A model generated the notes under the pieces. The model was not told the DNA's origin, made no database searches, and worked only from the letters and a program-made list of their open reading frames with translations. A stretch of 64,000 bases of DNA from the NCBI GenBank assembly GCA_013239625.1, contig MU053881.1:16544373-16608372 (forward strand), written 5' to 3'. Position 1 is the first letter of the stretch. Each line of letters begins with the position of its first letter. This DNA comes from Lama guanicoe (Eukaryota). Of the stretch, positions 26,301 to 39,911 are shown piece after piece. Position numbers and translations under genes: made by a program.

Positions 26301-29300
26301 TCCTGCTTGGAGAATCTCCTTGTGGGTGGTGGTGAGGGCAGGCACTCTGTGTATGTGCTGGGGTTGGGGGGTCTGACTACCAAGGCTCAGACCTGGCTCT
26401 CCTTAGCAGCTGTGTGGCCTGCGGCAAGTTACTTAGCACCTCTAGGCCTCCTATGATGGTGGTAATGAGCGTTCTGCTTTCCTGAGTTGTGGGGCTGGAG
26501 CACTGGGTCTGGCAGGTGCTCAGCGCTCACCCCGTTGTCTGGACAGAGAGGACTCTGTGCCAGGAGCACAGGTCAGCGCCTGGGGCTCCACCCTTGAAGA
26601 GACATTGGTTCCCGAGATGTCCCAGGTCTGAATGGATGGAGAGGCTCTGCCGCTTGCAGAGACTCCAGTTGGCTGTGAGGCCCTGAGAGTGCAGCTGAGC
26701 TGTGCCACTTGGACTGCTCAGGGGCTTGGAGTGTTCTGAGCTCAGCGCTGGGGGAGAGAGGACAAGGCTGAGCGGTCGGCACTCCAGCCCCACTGCGTCC
26801 CACCTGGGAGATGATGGGTGGGTGGCTTGGCCTCCCGAATTCTGTCTGTGCACCTGGCAGTGAGGATCAGTGCATGAGCTGCTCTTGGCACAGATCCAAG
26901 TGCAGTGTTTCGCTGCGGTGTGCGCCAGGGGAGCGGCTGATTCTTTCCGGGCCACCTCGTAGGGTGTGGACCTGAGCCAGGCCAGGGGGAGCAACGCCAG
27001 AGTCAGTCGGGCTCATGGGGTGCTGGGTGGCCCTTCCCTCCTCCCCTCAGCCTGCTCACAAGGCAGGTAGGGTGGATGCTTTGGGACTCTCATTGGTTCA
27101 CACTGTGCAGTGTCCAGACCCTTGTTTCCTGGCTTCTCACTCTGTACACATTGGCATCGAGGATTGGGCCTTAGATGGTCCCCTGGAATGTTCTGGATCA
27201 GAAGGCAGGGACCAGCCTGCTTCTACCATTAAGTGTTTTTGTATATGTGTGTTTTTTTTTTGTTGTTGTTGTTGCTCAAATGAGCTGCTTCATTTATAAG
27301 ACCACAGGTGACGTGACTGTCTTTCTGGGTGCCTGTACGTTTATCCTGTCATTTATTCTCACCTCAGCCTTCTGATTCCCACGCGTGTCCTGGAACTGAT
27401 CCCTCAGACACAGTTCCCCATCACCCATATCGCCTCACCCTCCATCCTTTCAGCTCTCTCATGTGGCAGAGCTGGCCTCATCTTTCCTCTCTCCTTGGCC
27501 GTGGCCTGGGCAGCCACGTGGATGTGGGTGGTTCTCCTTCCCACTGTGTGGGTCACTCTGAACGGGCTCCAGGTTGCATTCCCGCATCCGAGGATCGGGT
27601 GTTGTGTGTCCTTCAGCTACCAGGGAAGCCAGTCCCCGGGTCTCGGGCGATTCTGAGAAAGTTGTTGGGTCTTTGCAGAGACTTGTTCTGATGTCTGGAG
27701 GTACTGTCCTCTCTGGTCTGTGGCAGGCTCAGCAAGGCCACCAGGGCCCTGGCTGGTGGGCTCTGACAGCACACGCCTGCAGCCTACGAGATGCTGTGGT
27801 CCCTGAGTGCCCCAATAGCCCCCCAGAGCTGGAGGGAGCTCACCGCTAGCCAGGCCGGCCCTGTTCCATGGGAGCCTCGCTTGTGCTCGGGCCAGGACGC
27901 GGCTCTGCTGTGGTGTGATGGCAGCTCCTCGGTCCTGAGCTTTATATATCTATTTTTAAAGTTCTCCTGTGAAAGCCAGGTGTGACTTTGGCTCTGCTGC
28001 CTTTTCCCAGGTGGGTTTGTTCACAGATCTTGTGCCACACCAACTAGCACAGGCTGCAGGTCAGTGTCCAGTGTCCAGGAGGAGGCCTCGGTCCTCAGGT
28101 CAGTTTACAGTTGGTTTTAAGCCGCAGGAGCTTCAGCTTTAGCCCCTACAGGCCTCCCCTTTCCCATCCTGCCCTGGGGGTCTCTCCATGTCTGTCGCTA
28201 TGGTAGAGTAAGAGCCTGGTTGTTTGGTTTTGTTTTTGTAACAACAGCTTTACTGAGATGTAATTCACAAGCATGCAATTCGCTCATTTAAAGTGTGTAA
28301 TTCAGTGGTTTTTAGTACATGCACAGAGCTGTACAGCCATCACCGCAGTCAATTACAGAACATTCTCACTGCTCCAAAAGGAAACCCCATACCTATTAGC
28401 ACCCTCCAGTCTTCCCCAGCCCCTGGCGACCACTGAGCTACTTTCTGTCTCTGAATTCGCCTCTTCTGGGTGTTTCGTATAAATAGGATCATACACTATG
28501 TGGCCTTTTGTGTCTGGCCTCTTTCATTCAACTTGGTTTTCAGGGTTCATTCATGTTTCATGTGTCAGTGCTTTGTTCCTTTTTATCCTGAATAATACTT
28601 CACTCTATGGCTGGACCACGTTTTATTCATCTGTTCATCAGTTGATGGACATTTGGGATTTTCTGCTTTTTAGCTGTTGCAAGTAATGCCACTGAGAATA
28701 TTAATATGGAAGTTTTTGTGTGGACACATGATTTCACTTTTCTTGGGNNNNNNNNNNNNNNNNNNNNNNNNNNNNNNNNNNNNNNNNNNNNNNNNNNNNN
28801 NNNNNNNNNNNNNNNNNNNNNNNNNNNNNNNNNNNNNNNNNNNNNNNNNNNNNNNNNNNNNNNNNNNNNNNNNNNNNNNNNNNNNNNNNNNNNNNNNNNN
28901 NNNNNNNNNNNNNNTATCGCCTCCCTGATAGATGTGGAGTGGTAGGTATCTCATTGCCCCTAATGCTTTCCCTAATGATGCTGAGCATCTTTTCATGTGC
29001 TTATTGTCCATTTGTGGATCTTGCACAGAGAAAAGTCAGATCAGATCCTTTGCCCCTTATTTAATTGGGTTGTCTTTTTATGGATGAGTTGTAAGAGTTC
29101 TTTATATTTTCTAGATAAATTCCCTTGTCAGATATATGATTGGCAAATATTATGTCCCATCTGTGGATTGTCTTTTCGCTTTCTTAATGGTTGTCCTTTG
29201 AAACAGAAAAGTTTTAAATTTTGGTGAAGTCCAGTTTATCTGTTCCGTTTTTTGCTCTTGCTTTTGGTGTTGTATCCAAAAACCCATTGCCAAATCCAAA

Positions 29301-32300
29301 GTCACAAAGATTTACCCCATGTTTTCTGCTTAGAGTTTTATAGTTTTAGCTGTTACATTTAGATCTATGATCCATTTTGAGTTAACTTTTATATATGGTG
29401 TGAGGTAGGGTCCAGCTTCATTGTTTTGCACGTGGAGAGCCGGTTGTCCCAGAACCATGTGTTGAAGAGACTGGTATCTCTCCCACCAAAGGTCTTGGTA
29501 CCTTTTTCAAAAATCAGTTGGTCATAGGTGTGTGGGTTGATTTCTGGACTCTCAGTTTTATCCCATTGGTCTTGTGTCTCTCCTTAGGCCAGCATTACAC
29601 TGTCCTGATTACTGTTGCTTTGTACTAAGTTTTGGAATCAAAAAGTATGAGTCCTCCAACTTCCTGTTTTTTAAGATTGTCTTGGCTCATCTGGACCCCT
29701 TGTATTTCCTTATGAATTTTGGAATCTGCTTGTCAGGAGCCAGCTGGCATTCCTGTGGGGCTTGCACTGAGTTGTAGATTGCCTGGCTTTTTTCTGTCTT
29801 CCCTTTGCTCACATATCTCCCCCACCCTGACCGCAGCACCCTTCCTAACTAGCAGCTGGCAGGCCCTCCTCTTGTGAGGCTCTTGCGCGGCTCCTTCTCC
29901 AGTACGGAAGGAGGCCCAGGTTCCTTGATGTCCCAGGGTGTTGGCTGCCTGGTGTCCCAGCTACCACGCTGGGCCTGACCCTCCTCCCTCCTCCCTCTCG
30001 CATCACTCGTCCTTCCCTCAGATGTGGCAAACCCACATCTCTTCTCTGCCATGAGCCCCTTTTCAAACATTCAGTGTCATCTTCCCCAAACTTGTCAGAC
30101 TTGAGATCCATGCCTCAAATTAAAGGTTGAGGGCAAGGGGACCGGGGAGCAGAGAACCAGCCCCCCAAAATAACTGAGAGGTGTGTTTTGGCTGTTGAGT
30201 GAGGCGAGAGCCATGACACTTCTGTTATGAAAGCAGGGAGACGGAGACCCTGCACCTCCTTCGGGTTTTCTTCTGAAATGACATCCACCACGTGAGTGCA
30301 GGCCAGCCCTGGGGATCGGCCTCACCACTCCTGTCCTCCCTGACCCCTCAGCAGTCCCCGCAAGTCCTCCCATTCTTGGATTCCCACGGCCACCATCTCC
30401 CCAGGCTGCTATCACCTCCCCCTTAGCCCCAGCCTGAGCCACCTCCCCACCATCCCGACTCCGTCTGTCAGCCCCACGGGCCACACTCTCCTCTCCCATC
30501 CTGTCTCTGCTTTTATTTATTCACGTCACAGGTAGATAAGACATTTGCCTGGCTGAAAATCAGAGATGGAGAAGCCTCCTGCCCTCCCCTGTGCCCCCAG
30601 AGGTCCAGGCAATCCCTCCCGGGAGGCCGTCTGGAGAGAGCATGTGTGTCTGAGGCGAGGCATCTATGCATCTTCTCCCCTTCCTGTTTGCACGAGTGCC
30701 GGGATGCGGTGCATCACACCCTGTAACTCAGGCGCCAGGTGCCATGTCTCTCAGCCGCCTGCGCCTGGGGAAATTTGCACTGTTGATAGATTCTGCTGTC
30801 ACAGCCATGGCATGTTTTCACAAACGCCATTCGCCTCGCGGATCCCTTCCCTGGAAGTCTAGTGATCGAGTCCAGGATCTCTGCACTGATAGATGTGGCC
30901 CGCTTGGAGGCGCTCTAGCAGTTGGGAACCATTGTGCCCCAGTCCCACGTTTGGACGTCCTCAGGGGCTTCCCGTGGCAGAAGCCAGTGCCGTCTCATCG
31001 GCGTGGGCTGCGGGGCATGGCCTGTGGTGCTCACACCCCACTTCCCTTTGATCCATTTGGAGCACGACACCCCCTTCTCTTCAGGGTCCTCTGCGGCCCC
31101 ATCCACTCTTCGCATTCCTGGCTCTTTACCTGGCTACCTCCTGATCGTCCTTAGGGTCCATTGAAGTGGTGTTCTGTGGGGCTCTTCTCCCCACACCCTG
31201 TGATTCTGACCGACAGCACCTATGCTGTCTGTTCATCTCGGTTCATTTGTGCTTGGGTGATGCCTCTCCACTCCTCACCCTTGACCACACGTCACTGGAG
31301 AACTCTTCTTGCCAGGAACCCAGCTCCTCTCCTGGTGCCTGGCTTCTAGAAGGCCATCAGTAAATGTTTGCTAAGGGATTTAGTGAAAGATTCAGCTGGG
31401 GCTGCCAGGCTGAGGTGTGTGCGGTGTTCACTGCGGTGCTTGTGGGATGCCAGGCCTGGGGAGGGGGCTGTTTTGTAGGACCTCTCAAAGGCTTCAGCCC
31501 AGGCTTTGTCTTAGCTTGGATATACCTACCCTGTTTTCATGAGGCTCAGGTAAATTCATGCAACCCTTCCCTAGGAATTACAAAATGATTTAGACCGGGA
31601 AACAAGCAGTTTGCAAGAGCTGGAAGCTCAGAAACAGGACGCCCAAGACCGCCTGGACGAAATGGACCAGCAGAAGGCCAAGCTCCGAGACATGCTGAGT
31701 GACGTCAGGCAGAAGTGCCAGGACGAGACCCAGATGGTGAGTGTCGCCTTCGCCACGTGCCCAGCAGAGTGAGGCGGCGTCTTACAGACTTCCCTGGGCT
31801 CACTGTGACTTTGGATCAGGGCTGACATCTGACCGGTTTAATAGAGTAGTTGAACATATCATTTGAGAAGGTGTCTAAGCATTAGTGGCCTGACTGCAGT
31901 CTCATCCACCATGTCATACATATAAGTGTGAACCCGTGTGTGGACACCCCACCCTGGCCCGTGCCCCACAGCATGCCTCTCTCCCCTCCCCTGGTGTCTT
32001 TGCTGCTTGTTACAAACCAGGGAGGCTGCAGCCTCAGGAGATTGTAAAACCTTTCCATCTCCCTCTGAGGCCTGTTGTGGGGACGTTTGGCCCTGGGGGA
32101 CAGATTGTTGTGCTTGGCCCAGGTGTGTAGAAGGGACGCTATAAGGAAGCCAGGCACCTGGCTCTCAGGCTGGTGTCTGCCTCCCTGGGTCAACTTATTT
32201 TAAGATCCAGAATTCTTCCTTAAAGTCACGTTTCATCTCGTTTCAGATTTCTTCGCTGAAGACGCAGATCCAGTCTCAGGAGTCCGACCTCAAGTCCCAG

Positions 32301-34472
32301 GAGGACGACCTGAACCGGGCCAAATCTGAGCTGAGCCGACTGCAGCAGGAGGAGACGCAGCTGGAGCAGAGCATTCAGGCCGGGAAAGTTCAACTGGAAA
32401 CCATCATCAAGTCCCTGAAATCCACGCAAGATGAGATCAACCAGGTATCCCCGAGGCGGTGGGGCCGGGTCTTCTGGGGTCTCCTGCCTTGTGGCGTGGC
32501 TGCCGTGAGCAGAGCTGTCACGGAGGTGTGTGCGACCGGCGGTCCCAGTGGTTGTTTCCTCTGCTCTTGCTCACCTCATTTACGTTAGATTCTTGTCTCG
32601 AAAGCCTGGGAGTTAAGTGCTGGAACCCCCAGCATGTGTTCCAGCATCATGTTGACTTTGGCCTGGAGGTGTTGGCTTTGCCTCACTGTCCTCCCACTTC
32701 TCCCCGAGTACACATCATTTTGGGGAGTGGGCAGGGGCTGGATGAGGACATTAAGTTAACTCATTTGGACAGAGCTCTGGGTTTGGAAAATGTTCTTGCC
32801 AGCCTGGTCCTCACACAAGCGAAGAAGGACACAGTCCCAGACGTGTTCCAGCACCTCTGTGTCCTCATGCCATTCGAAGGCCAGCATGCCGAGATGGCCC
32901 CATCTTCTAAGGAACATGGCCCCACATGGGCCCTTGTCCAGACACGCATCCCCGTCCCGTGTGAAGTCCTTAAGGCCTGCCGCCACTGCCTGCCAGCAGG
33001 GGGAGGGCTCTTTCCCTGCTCCCCTGTATGAAACAGCCAAAGGCCTCCTTGCTGGCCCTTGGATGTCCTGGCTACAGGGTGGGGGTGATTTTGATCTTGG
33101 CAACATGAAAATGCATCTTTCTGCTTCCTTTCTTGACCGAATTGATCTCTTTTTTCCTTTTGCCAGTTTACAGGCAAAAGTTGGTCACAAACATGTACCA
33201 CTCAGGGATTTAATACCGTGAAGTGTCCTTTATTGTTAATCAATATCTGTAGGATTATCTTTAATCTTTTCCTTCCCAGCCTTTAGTGTTTATAAAATAC
33301 AGGTAGGATCCAAGACATGAGTTCACATTAGCGATAGTAATAATGATATTAAAAGTGATATCTGCTGCTTATTAGGACCCACCCTGCCAGATGCTGCGAG
33401 AGGTATCTTACCCATCATTTCTAATGCTCTGTTTTGGAGAAGAGGAAGCAGGTTAGGTCACCAGCTTGAGGTCACGCAGTGTGTCTGAGACAGCTGAGAT
33501 AAAACTGGGGTCTGTGTGACTTCACAGATTGCCTGCCTTCCCCTGGCCTCACATGCCGTCTCCAGGAACAAGGAGGAGCAGATGGGATAATAAAAATCCC
33601 ATAAAGGAAAATAACTGCCGAGTATCACTTGGAATAGATTGTGAATCTGGGTTTTGTCCAATTTCAGTTCGGTCCGAATCAACAAATGTCTCTTTGAACA
33701 CTTGCCTCCCTTGGGGCCTGGGGATACAAAAAGGCTGCCTGGGGCAGTCAGAAGGTTTTCGTCTTGGTTTACGAGCAGTCTGGCTTCTCATAAACATGGC
33801 AACAGGGATTGTCTACTCCGTAGACGGGTAATTCAGTTACCAGTGTGAATCATCTAGGGTTGGATGTTAGGAGAAAAAAATGCCTTGCCTAATACTTTTT
33901 CCCTACCCGACTTGATGCCGGCGATGTCTCTGTTGTACAGGCAAGAAGCAAGCTTTCCCAGCTGCATGAAAGCCACCAGGAAGCCCACAGGAGTCTGGAG
34001 CAGTACGACGAGGTGCTGGACGGGGCCCACGGCGCCAGCCTGACCAACCTAGCAGACCTGAGCGAGGGCGTCTCCCTGACAGAGAGGGGCGGCTTTGGAG
34101 CCATGGTAAAGGTCGAATAAACGTATTCCAGTCCCGGGATTAGGCCCCACGTTGCGATCAGAGGAGGCCCCGCCCACTGGATCCAGCGCTTGCCAATCTT
34201 GAGTCTATCCAAGTGCAGGGTGTTTCTTGTTTTCGCTGCCGCTTTGCGAGTCCCCACCGGCCCTGCAGCCCAGTGTGCGGGGCTACACTCCATCCTGGCA
34301 TCTGGGACAAAGCCAAGGAGAGGCCGGAATCCTTTGTAAAATCAGTTTTGAAAGACCTCCATCTCCCTGGGCCAACCACCCAAATTTGGAGGGCTTCCCA
34401 AACTTAAGCCAAATTGGATCAACTCTCACACGTTGTGAAACCCCACATTCTACTAATTGGGAGGCCAGAGGA

Positions 34473-34505
<33 letters not shown>

Positions 34506-37500
34506 CAAGGAGCACCTTGAAAATCAACTGCACAGATAAAGATCAAGAAGGACGCCAGCCCCCGCCCCACCGGGTGTTGCTGTGTCACCTATGAATTGGC
34601 CTCCTGAAATTTTGGTTACGTTCGAAACTTCTGCACTTTTGCTTCAAACCTCAAGACCCTGGGCGCCCTGGTGGAGGCCCGAGAGGCTGTGGGCCTTTCA
34701 GGTTTCTGCAGGCCCTCAGGCTGCTGACATCCTGCAGCTGTTACTTTGTCCTCTGTTCCCGCCGGAGTCCGCTGTCGCAGCCCTGAGCCCTGGCATGTGC
34801 CATTTCCAATTTCTCCTGCCTGACGAGAGCGTGTCTGTGCCATCGTGGGAGCCAACAGGACACTTGGGTCTCGGTGGGCTTGTCCTGCTCTGCTCCCAAA
34901 GCCTTTCACAGCACGCCCCGCACTGCCAGCTCTCTTCCAGGGCTCCTCCTCCGAGCCCTCCCTCTGCCCCTGGCTCTGTTTGCTGCGTGAATTCCTTCCC
35001 CTCCCTGTAATAATTCAGTCTCTCTGTCTCTCTTAATGTGAGACTCAGCTCTTTGTGCTCATTTCTTGACATGTTTCTTTTCTCAGTAGCCAAGTCCTCC
35101 GTCCCAGGAATTTATGGGGAAGCGTATGCCTCCTTCCCCCAATCGCTTACAAGACGCTGTTGGTGTTCTCATCTGTCTCCTGTCTCTGGCCATCACTGCC
35201 TCCCTCTGCTGTTCACACGTTCCTTTTCCCATGGAGTTGTAAACAAGCGAATTCCATGTCTGCTCAGGGCCCATCGTCAGCTTTACTGTCCATTCATCCT
35301 TCCCGAACCGTGTGAACTTCCCGCTTGGCCGTCCGGCAGTCTCGGTGTGTGCGTTCCAGCCCCATCGCCCTGCTCTTGCTCTTCCCACCTGCCACCCGTC
35401 CCCTCGCACGGCTTGCGGCTTGCCCCGTTCCACCTTAGTCCGTGCAAAAGCTCGCTCTCAAACCCTTTTGCAAGCTTTGATAAGAATGGTTTCCTTGGAT
35501 AAAAAGTTGGCAGTGTAGTGGCAGTTTGCACGTGGCCAGGGATTTTTTTTCCCTCCCCCAACAGATTTTTTACCTTTATCTTTATTCCTTTTATAAGCAG
35601 GGCAACGTTTACATGATAGTCAATTCATCTTGAAATGTTGACATCAGATCTGTTACACAGAAACTTGCAACCAGTGTCTAAAAGAAAAACTATATTTATC
35701 TCGTTGTACAAATACAATTTTTAAAGCACTTTTTGGTTTGTTTCCATTTCTTAATAAACACTTTGAAGAGGGCTTTTTGTTTACTCCTGGACATTTCAAG
35801 ACTGCTTCGAGGAGAGGGACCTCTCTTAGTTCTCTTTGAGGGGGAGGAAAGTGAGGGCTTTAGTTTCCTGAGAACACTGCAATCCAAGAGGTGCATCTAG
35901 AACTTTCTAAGTCTGGGCAGGCCTACTGAGGTTACTAAGTTTAGTGTTAGGCTCACATGGTTGTACTTTGTCCAAGAGAGCAGGATTCTTAAAGCCACAT
36001 TTAATTCTTGTCTCTCCTCCGCTGATGAGACTACTGGCCTCTTGTCCATGAAGTCAGCACTCAGCCAACCTGTCTGATAGAGACGAGGACCTAAATCATC
36101 CCAGATTCCATCTTGCCGAGAGCTTGCGAAAGATGGGGTTATCTGCAGCATACATCCCCTGGCACACTGGAGCCAGTTTTATTGACTCTCCAGAGCCGAT
36201 TATTAAATAGGAACTTTGTAAGCTGTTGTTCAACCTGTGGTAACTTGACGTCAGCCTCATGGGAGTATTTACAGCATGGGGATTGGCAGGAGCTAGCGAT
36301 CAGGGCTGCTTTATTCAGAGAGCTGGTTTACCAGCACACCACTGCTCAGCCCCCATCTAAAGGGAAAGAATATCACAGAATGTCACCTTGATGCCCTTTC
36401 AGAGTTACCATGTCTCTTTCCTGAAAGATGCAGAACTTAAGGCTAGTCACCGAGCTCATTGTTCGAGCTGTCTCCCTCTGCCTCGGGGCTTGTCTCCCGC
36501 ACTGCATCTCCCAGGTTGGCAGGCGCGTCTGTTCTCACTGGTAGGTGGTCAGTGGATGGTGGAGTTTATGGCATCTCTGTGCCAGGGGAAATCTAGTTTT
36601 CTGCTCTTTATCTGTCAAATGGAATCTGAGCCACCAGTGGTTACCCTAACCACATGAATCCTGCTGGGGTCTTCTTAGGCTTCTCCTTTGAAGGGGAGGG
36701 ACTGGTTGCTGCCTCAGACAGTCGCAGACCTGACTTTTCAGTACAGGGGCTTACGACCAGAGTCGCCAGAATCAGTCTCCTCTGCCATTGTCCACTGTTC
36801 AATTTGTCAGTCTTCCAAGTGACAACTGAAAACATTTTAAAAAACCAGAACCAAACCAAGCGATTTGTACATCAGTGCCAATTAAAAACTAAGTAGAAGC
36901 TTCCATTCCGAGGCCAAGTGGTCCTTCTTAATGCACCCCTCTATCCAGGTCATCGTCTCTCTCTCTGTTCTTCTGGAGCAGTTAGGTTCTTTCCCCTGCG
37001 GTACAGAGCGAGCGGTTTATTCTCCACGCCGGCCTTACCGTTCCCTTAGATTAGGACTTCTCCATGGTACTGACCTGTGTCTCAGACCTGGTTGCATGCT
37101 GGCTGGTGCATGCATCTCACGCTAGTTAGCGCCGCAGCATCCTTACTGAGTCTGTGCACTGCTGCCAGACATGGTGCTTGCCCGAGAACTGGCTCAGTTT
37201 CCCCACCCCGGGAAGCCCTGTGGCTGGAGGCCCTTTCTCAGGTAAGGAACATCCTTCTGGCTTCAGCAGAGGGAAGGGGTGTTGGTTCATCCTTCCAAAA
37301 CCCATGGCTTCCTCTTAGCCTGGCACCTCTGAGCCCCGTCCTACTCCCGAAGTCAAGCGGCTCAGTGGGGTCAGAGCCTCTTTAGGAATCTTCCTTTGGC
37401 ACCTTTGACGTCGTTGCCCTGTGACCGTTATCCATGCTTTCACAGAAGCCTCAGCTCTTTAATCATTTGGTTTTGTCAGTTGCAATAGTGGCTGAGTTCG

Positions 37501-39879
37501 CAGCTCCATGGATGCTGACACATTGCCCAGATTCGGTGAGGATGTTGTGCTTTTTAATATCATAGTGAAACCTTCGTGTTTTCACTGAGGGTGTGTCTTT
37601 ATTAACCAAAATATCTCAGAATTTCTAACCCAAGTGCATTGTTCCCGCGTATGTTGTGTGCCCCCTCCCCCCAGATCATTTTCCACTATAAAAACTTGCT
37701 CTTCAAAAGCAAGGTTTTTTTTTCTTTTGATTTAAATATGCTTGTTTGTTTCTAGAAATAAGTACTTTAAAAAAAATGCAAAGTGCTGTGTATGCTCTAG
37801 TAGTTATGTTCTAACTGCATAAGCACTCATTTCCTCTCAGGATGTAAATAGCTTCAGGTTTCTTGATGTGGAAACAGCATTTTTCAAAATGCCCACATAG
37901 GTACATACTCTCCGAGAAGGTGGTTGAGGGAGGCACACCTTTGAACGGCCCCTGGCTACCGTTGTTGGGTGGCTTGTTACATTTTCTTTCTGACATTTCC
38001 AACATGTGACTTTTTTTTCTGACTCAGTGGTTTAAAAAAATTTTTTTTTTCTAGTTGTGGTAAAATACACATAACGTTTATCATCCGAACCATTTTTTTG
38101 AGTACACGGTTCAGTAGTGTTAAGTATATTCATGTTGTGCAGCTAAGCTCAGAGCTTGTTCATACCCGTTAAACATCGGTTCCCCATCCGCCCTCCCCCA
38201 GCCCCTGGCAGCCACTGTTCTGCTTTCTGTCTCTTTGAATTTGATAGCTCTGGGGACCTCATATAAGTAGCATCACACAGCATTTGTCTTCTTGTGACCG
38301 GCTTCTTTCACTGAGCATAATGTCTTCAACGTTTATCCACGGAACATGTGTCAGAAGTCCCTTCCTTTTTAAGGCTGAGTAGTATTCCATTGTATGTGCA
38401 AGCCACATTTTGTTTATTCATTCATCCAGCAGTGGACGCTCGATTGCTCCCACTCAATGATTTTTAAATAAACTTTCATTTTAGAAGACTTACAGAAAAG
38501 TTGCAAAGATAGTACAGAGAGTTCCCATCTGCCCCACAGCTAGCTTCCCCATTATTAACACCTCATGCAGTATATTTGCCACAACTAGTGAACCCAGTGT
38601 TGACACATTATTATTAACTGAAGGCCATCTTTCTTTGGTGATTTTTTTTTTAACAATCATTTTCTTTTAGGTCACATCACTTAAAGGGGAAATATATGCA
38701 TTAGGTATAGAATTCTGTACTTTGCTTTAAATATGAAATAATTAAATCCCTGTCGTGTCTCTTCACAAAATTATAGGATGATCCTTTCAAAAATAAAGCC
38801 TTGTTATTTAGCAACAACGCCCAGGAATTGCATCCGGATCCTTTCCAGGCAGAAGACCCCTTCAAATCTGACCCATTTAAAGGAGCCGATCCCTTCAAAG
38901 GTATCTCGTTTGGCACCCACTTACTTTCTCATCACAAGCCTGTTTGTTTTGTGCCTTTTAGGATTGCCTGGTGACTAGAACAGTTAGGAGATCCCACCCT
39001 CTGAAGTGGGAGAGGGAAAGAATTCTTTGAGCGTAGTGGGCCTCTTGAGATTTTCACCTCACCTGGTTAACTAAAGATCTAGGGGTCGGGGGAGAGCTCC
39101 AAGCTCACTGAGAGACGCCCACGTTCAAGGGCGGCTTGCTTGGTTGGCCCGGAGACTCTGGGTGCCCAGTTCCCATCCGCCTCGCAGGACTGATAAGATA
39201 ATCAGATGTAGTAATGATTGTGAAACCACCCAGTAAACAGCAGATGCCCACACAAGTATCTGAAGTCTTACGTGGTGAGTTCACCCAGAGCCACACACAA
39301 GCCAAGAGTACCTGAACAGGATTCTACAGACAAGATTTCCTAAGTCTCTCCATTTGTTGCAGAGCAAAACAGTGTTTCCAGGAAGGCTATCTGTAAGTTT
39401 CTGAGAAAAATGCCGAGGAAGGGAGCAGGCAGTGGGAGCACTTCCCAGTGTTAGACGTGGAGTGGAAGCCCCTTAGGTCTGAGAGACAGCCGAGCAGCTC
39501 CCACCCAGAGTGCAGATTTAGATGGGAGCTCAGCCTCACTCCAGGGCTGCCGTGTGGCCCAGGGAGGTGGTCCCAGGGTCGTGGGATGGGGTGAGGGCTG
39601 GGGCCGTGACACGTGGAGGGGAGAGGGTGAGTGCTGGCTTGTCCCACGGCCCCCACTTGTCCCTCGGCCATGCCGAGCGGCCAGCAGCACTCTTCTTTCC
39701 ACCTCGGCCGTCCTCGCTATGAGAAACCACCTCGGCCAGTGGCCGCCCCTGCTGTCCGTCTTTGCTCTGCCAGGGTCATTTCTACCACAGAGCCGAACGT
39801 TCCTCTCTCTTCCAATCCAGGTGACCCGTTCCAGAGTGATCCCTTTGCTGAACAACAGACAGCTTCAACAGGGAAAAAA

Positions 39880-39911
<32 letters not shown>

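Larger units (their letters stand above)
34106..35780 (+). other. EPS15L1: Putative alternative terminal extension of exon 16 (VKVE-stop plus ~1.65 kb 3'UTR)
   Basis: Read-through GTA AAG GTC GAA TAA (stop 34118-34120); distal AATAAA 35753-35758 with upstream TGTA and downstream U/GU-rich tract. Confidence 0.6.

Noticed and set aside
32991-33007. Second CTCF-like motif CCAGCAGGGGGAG
   Set aside because: Mismatch at the conserved C near the 3' end of the core; too weak without ChIP data.
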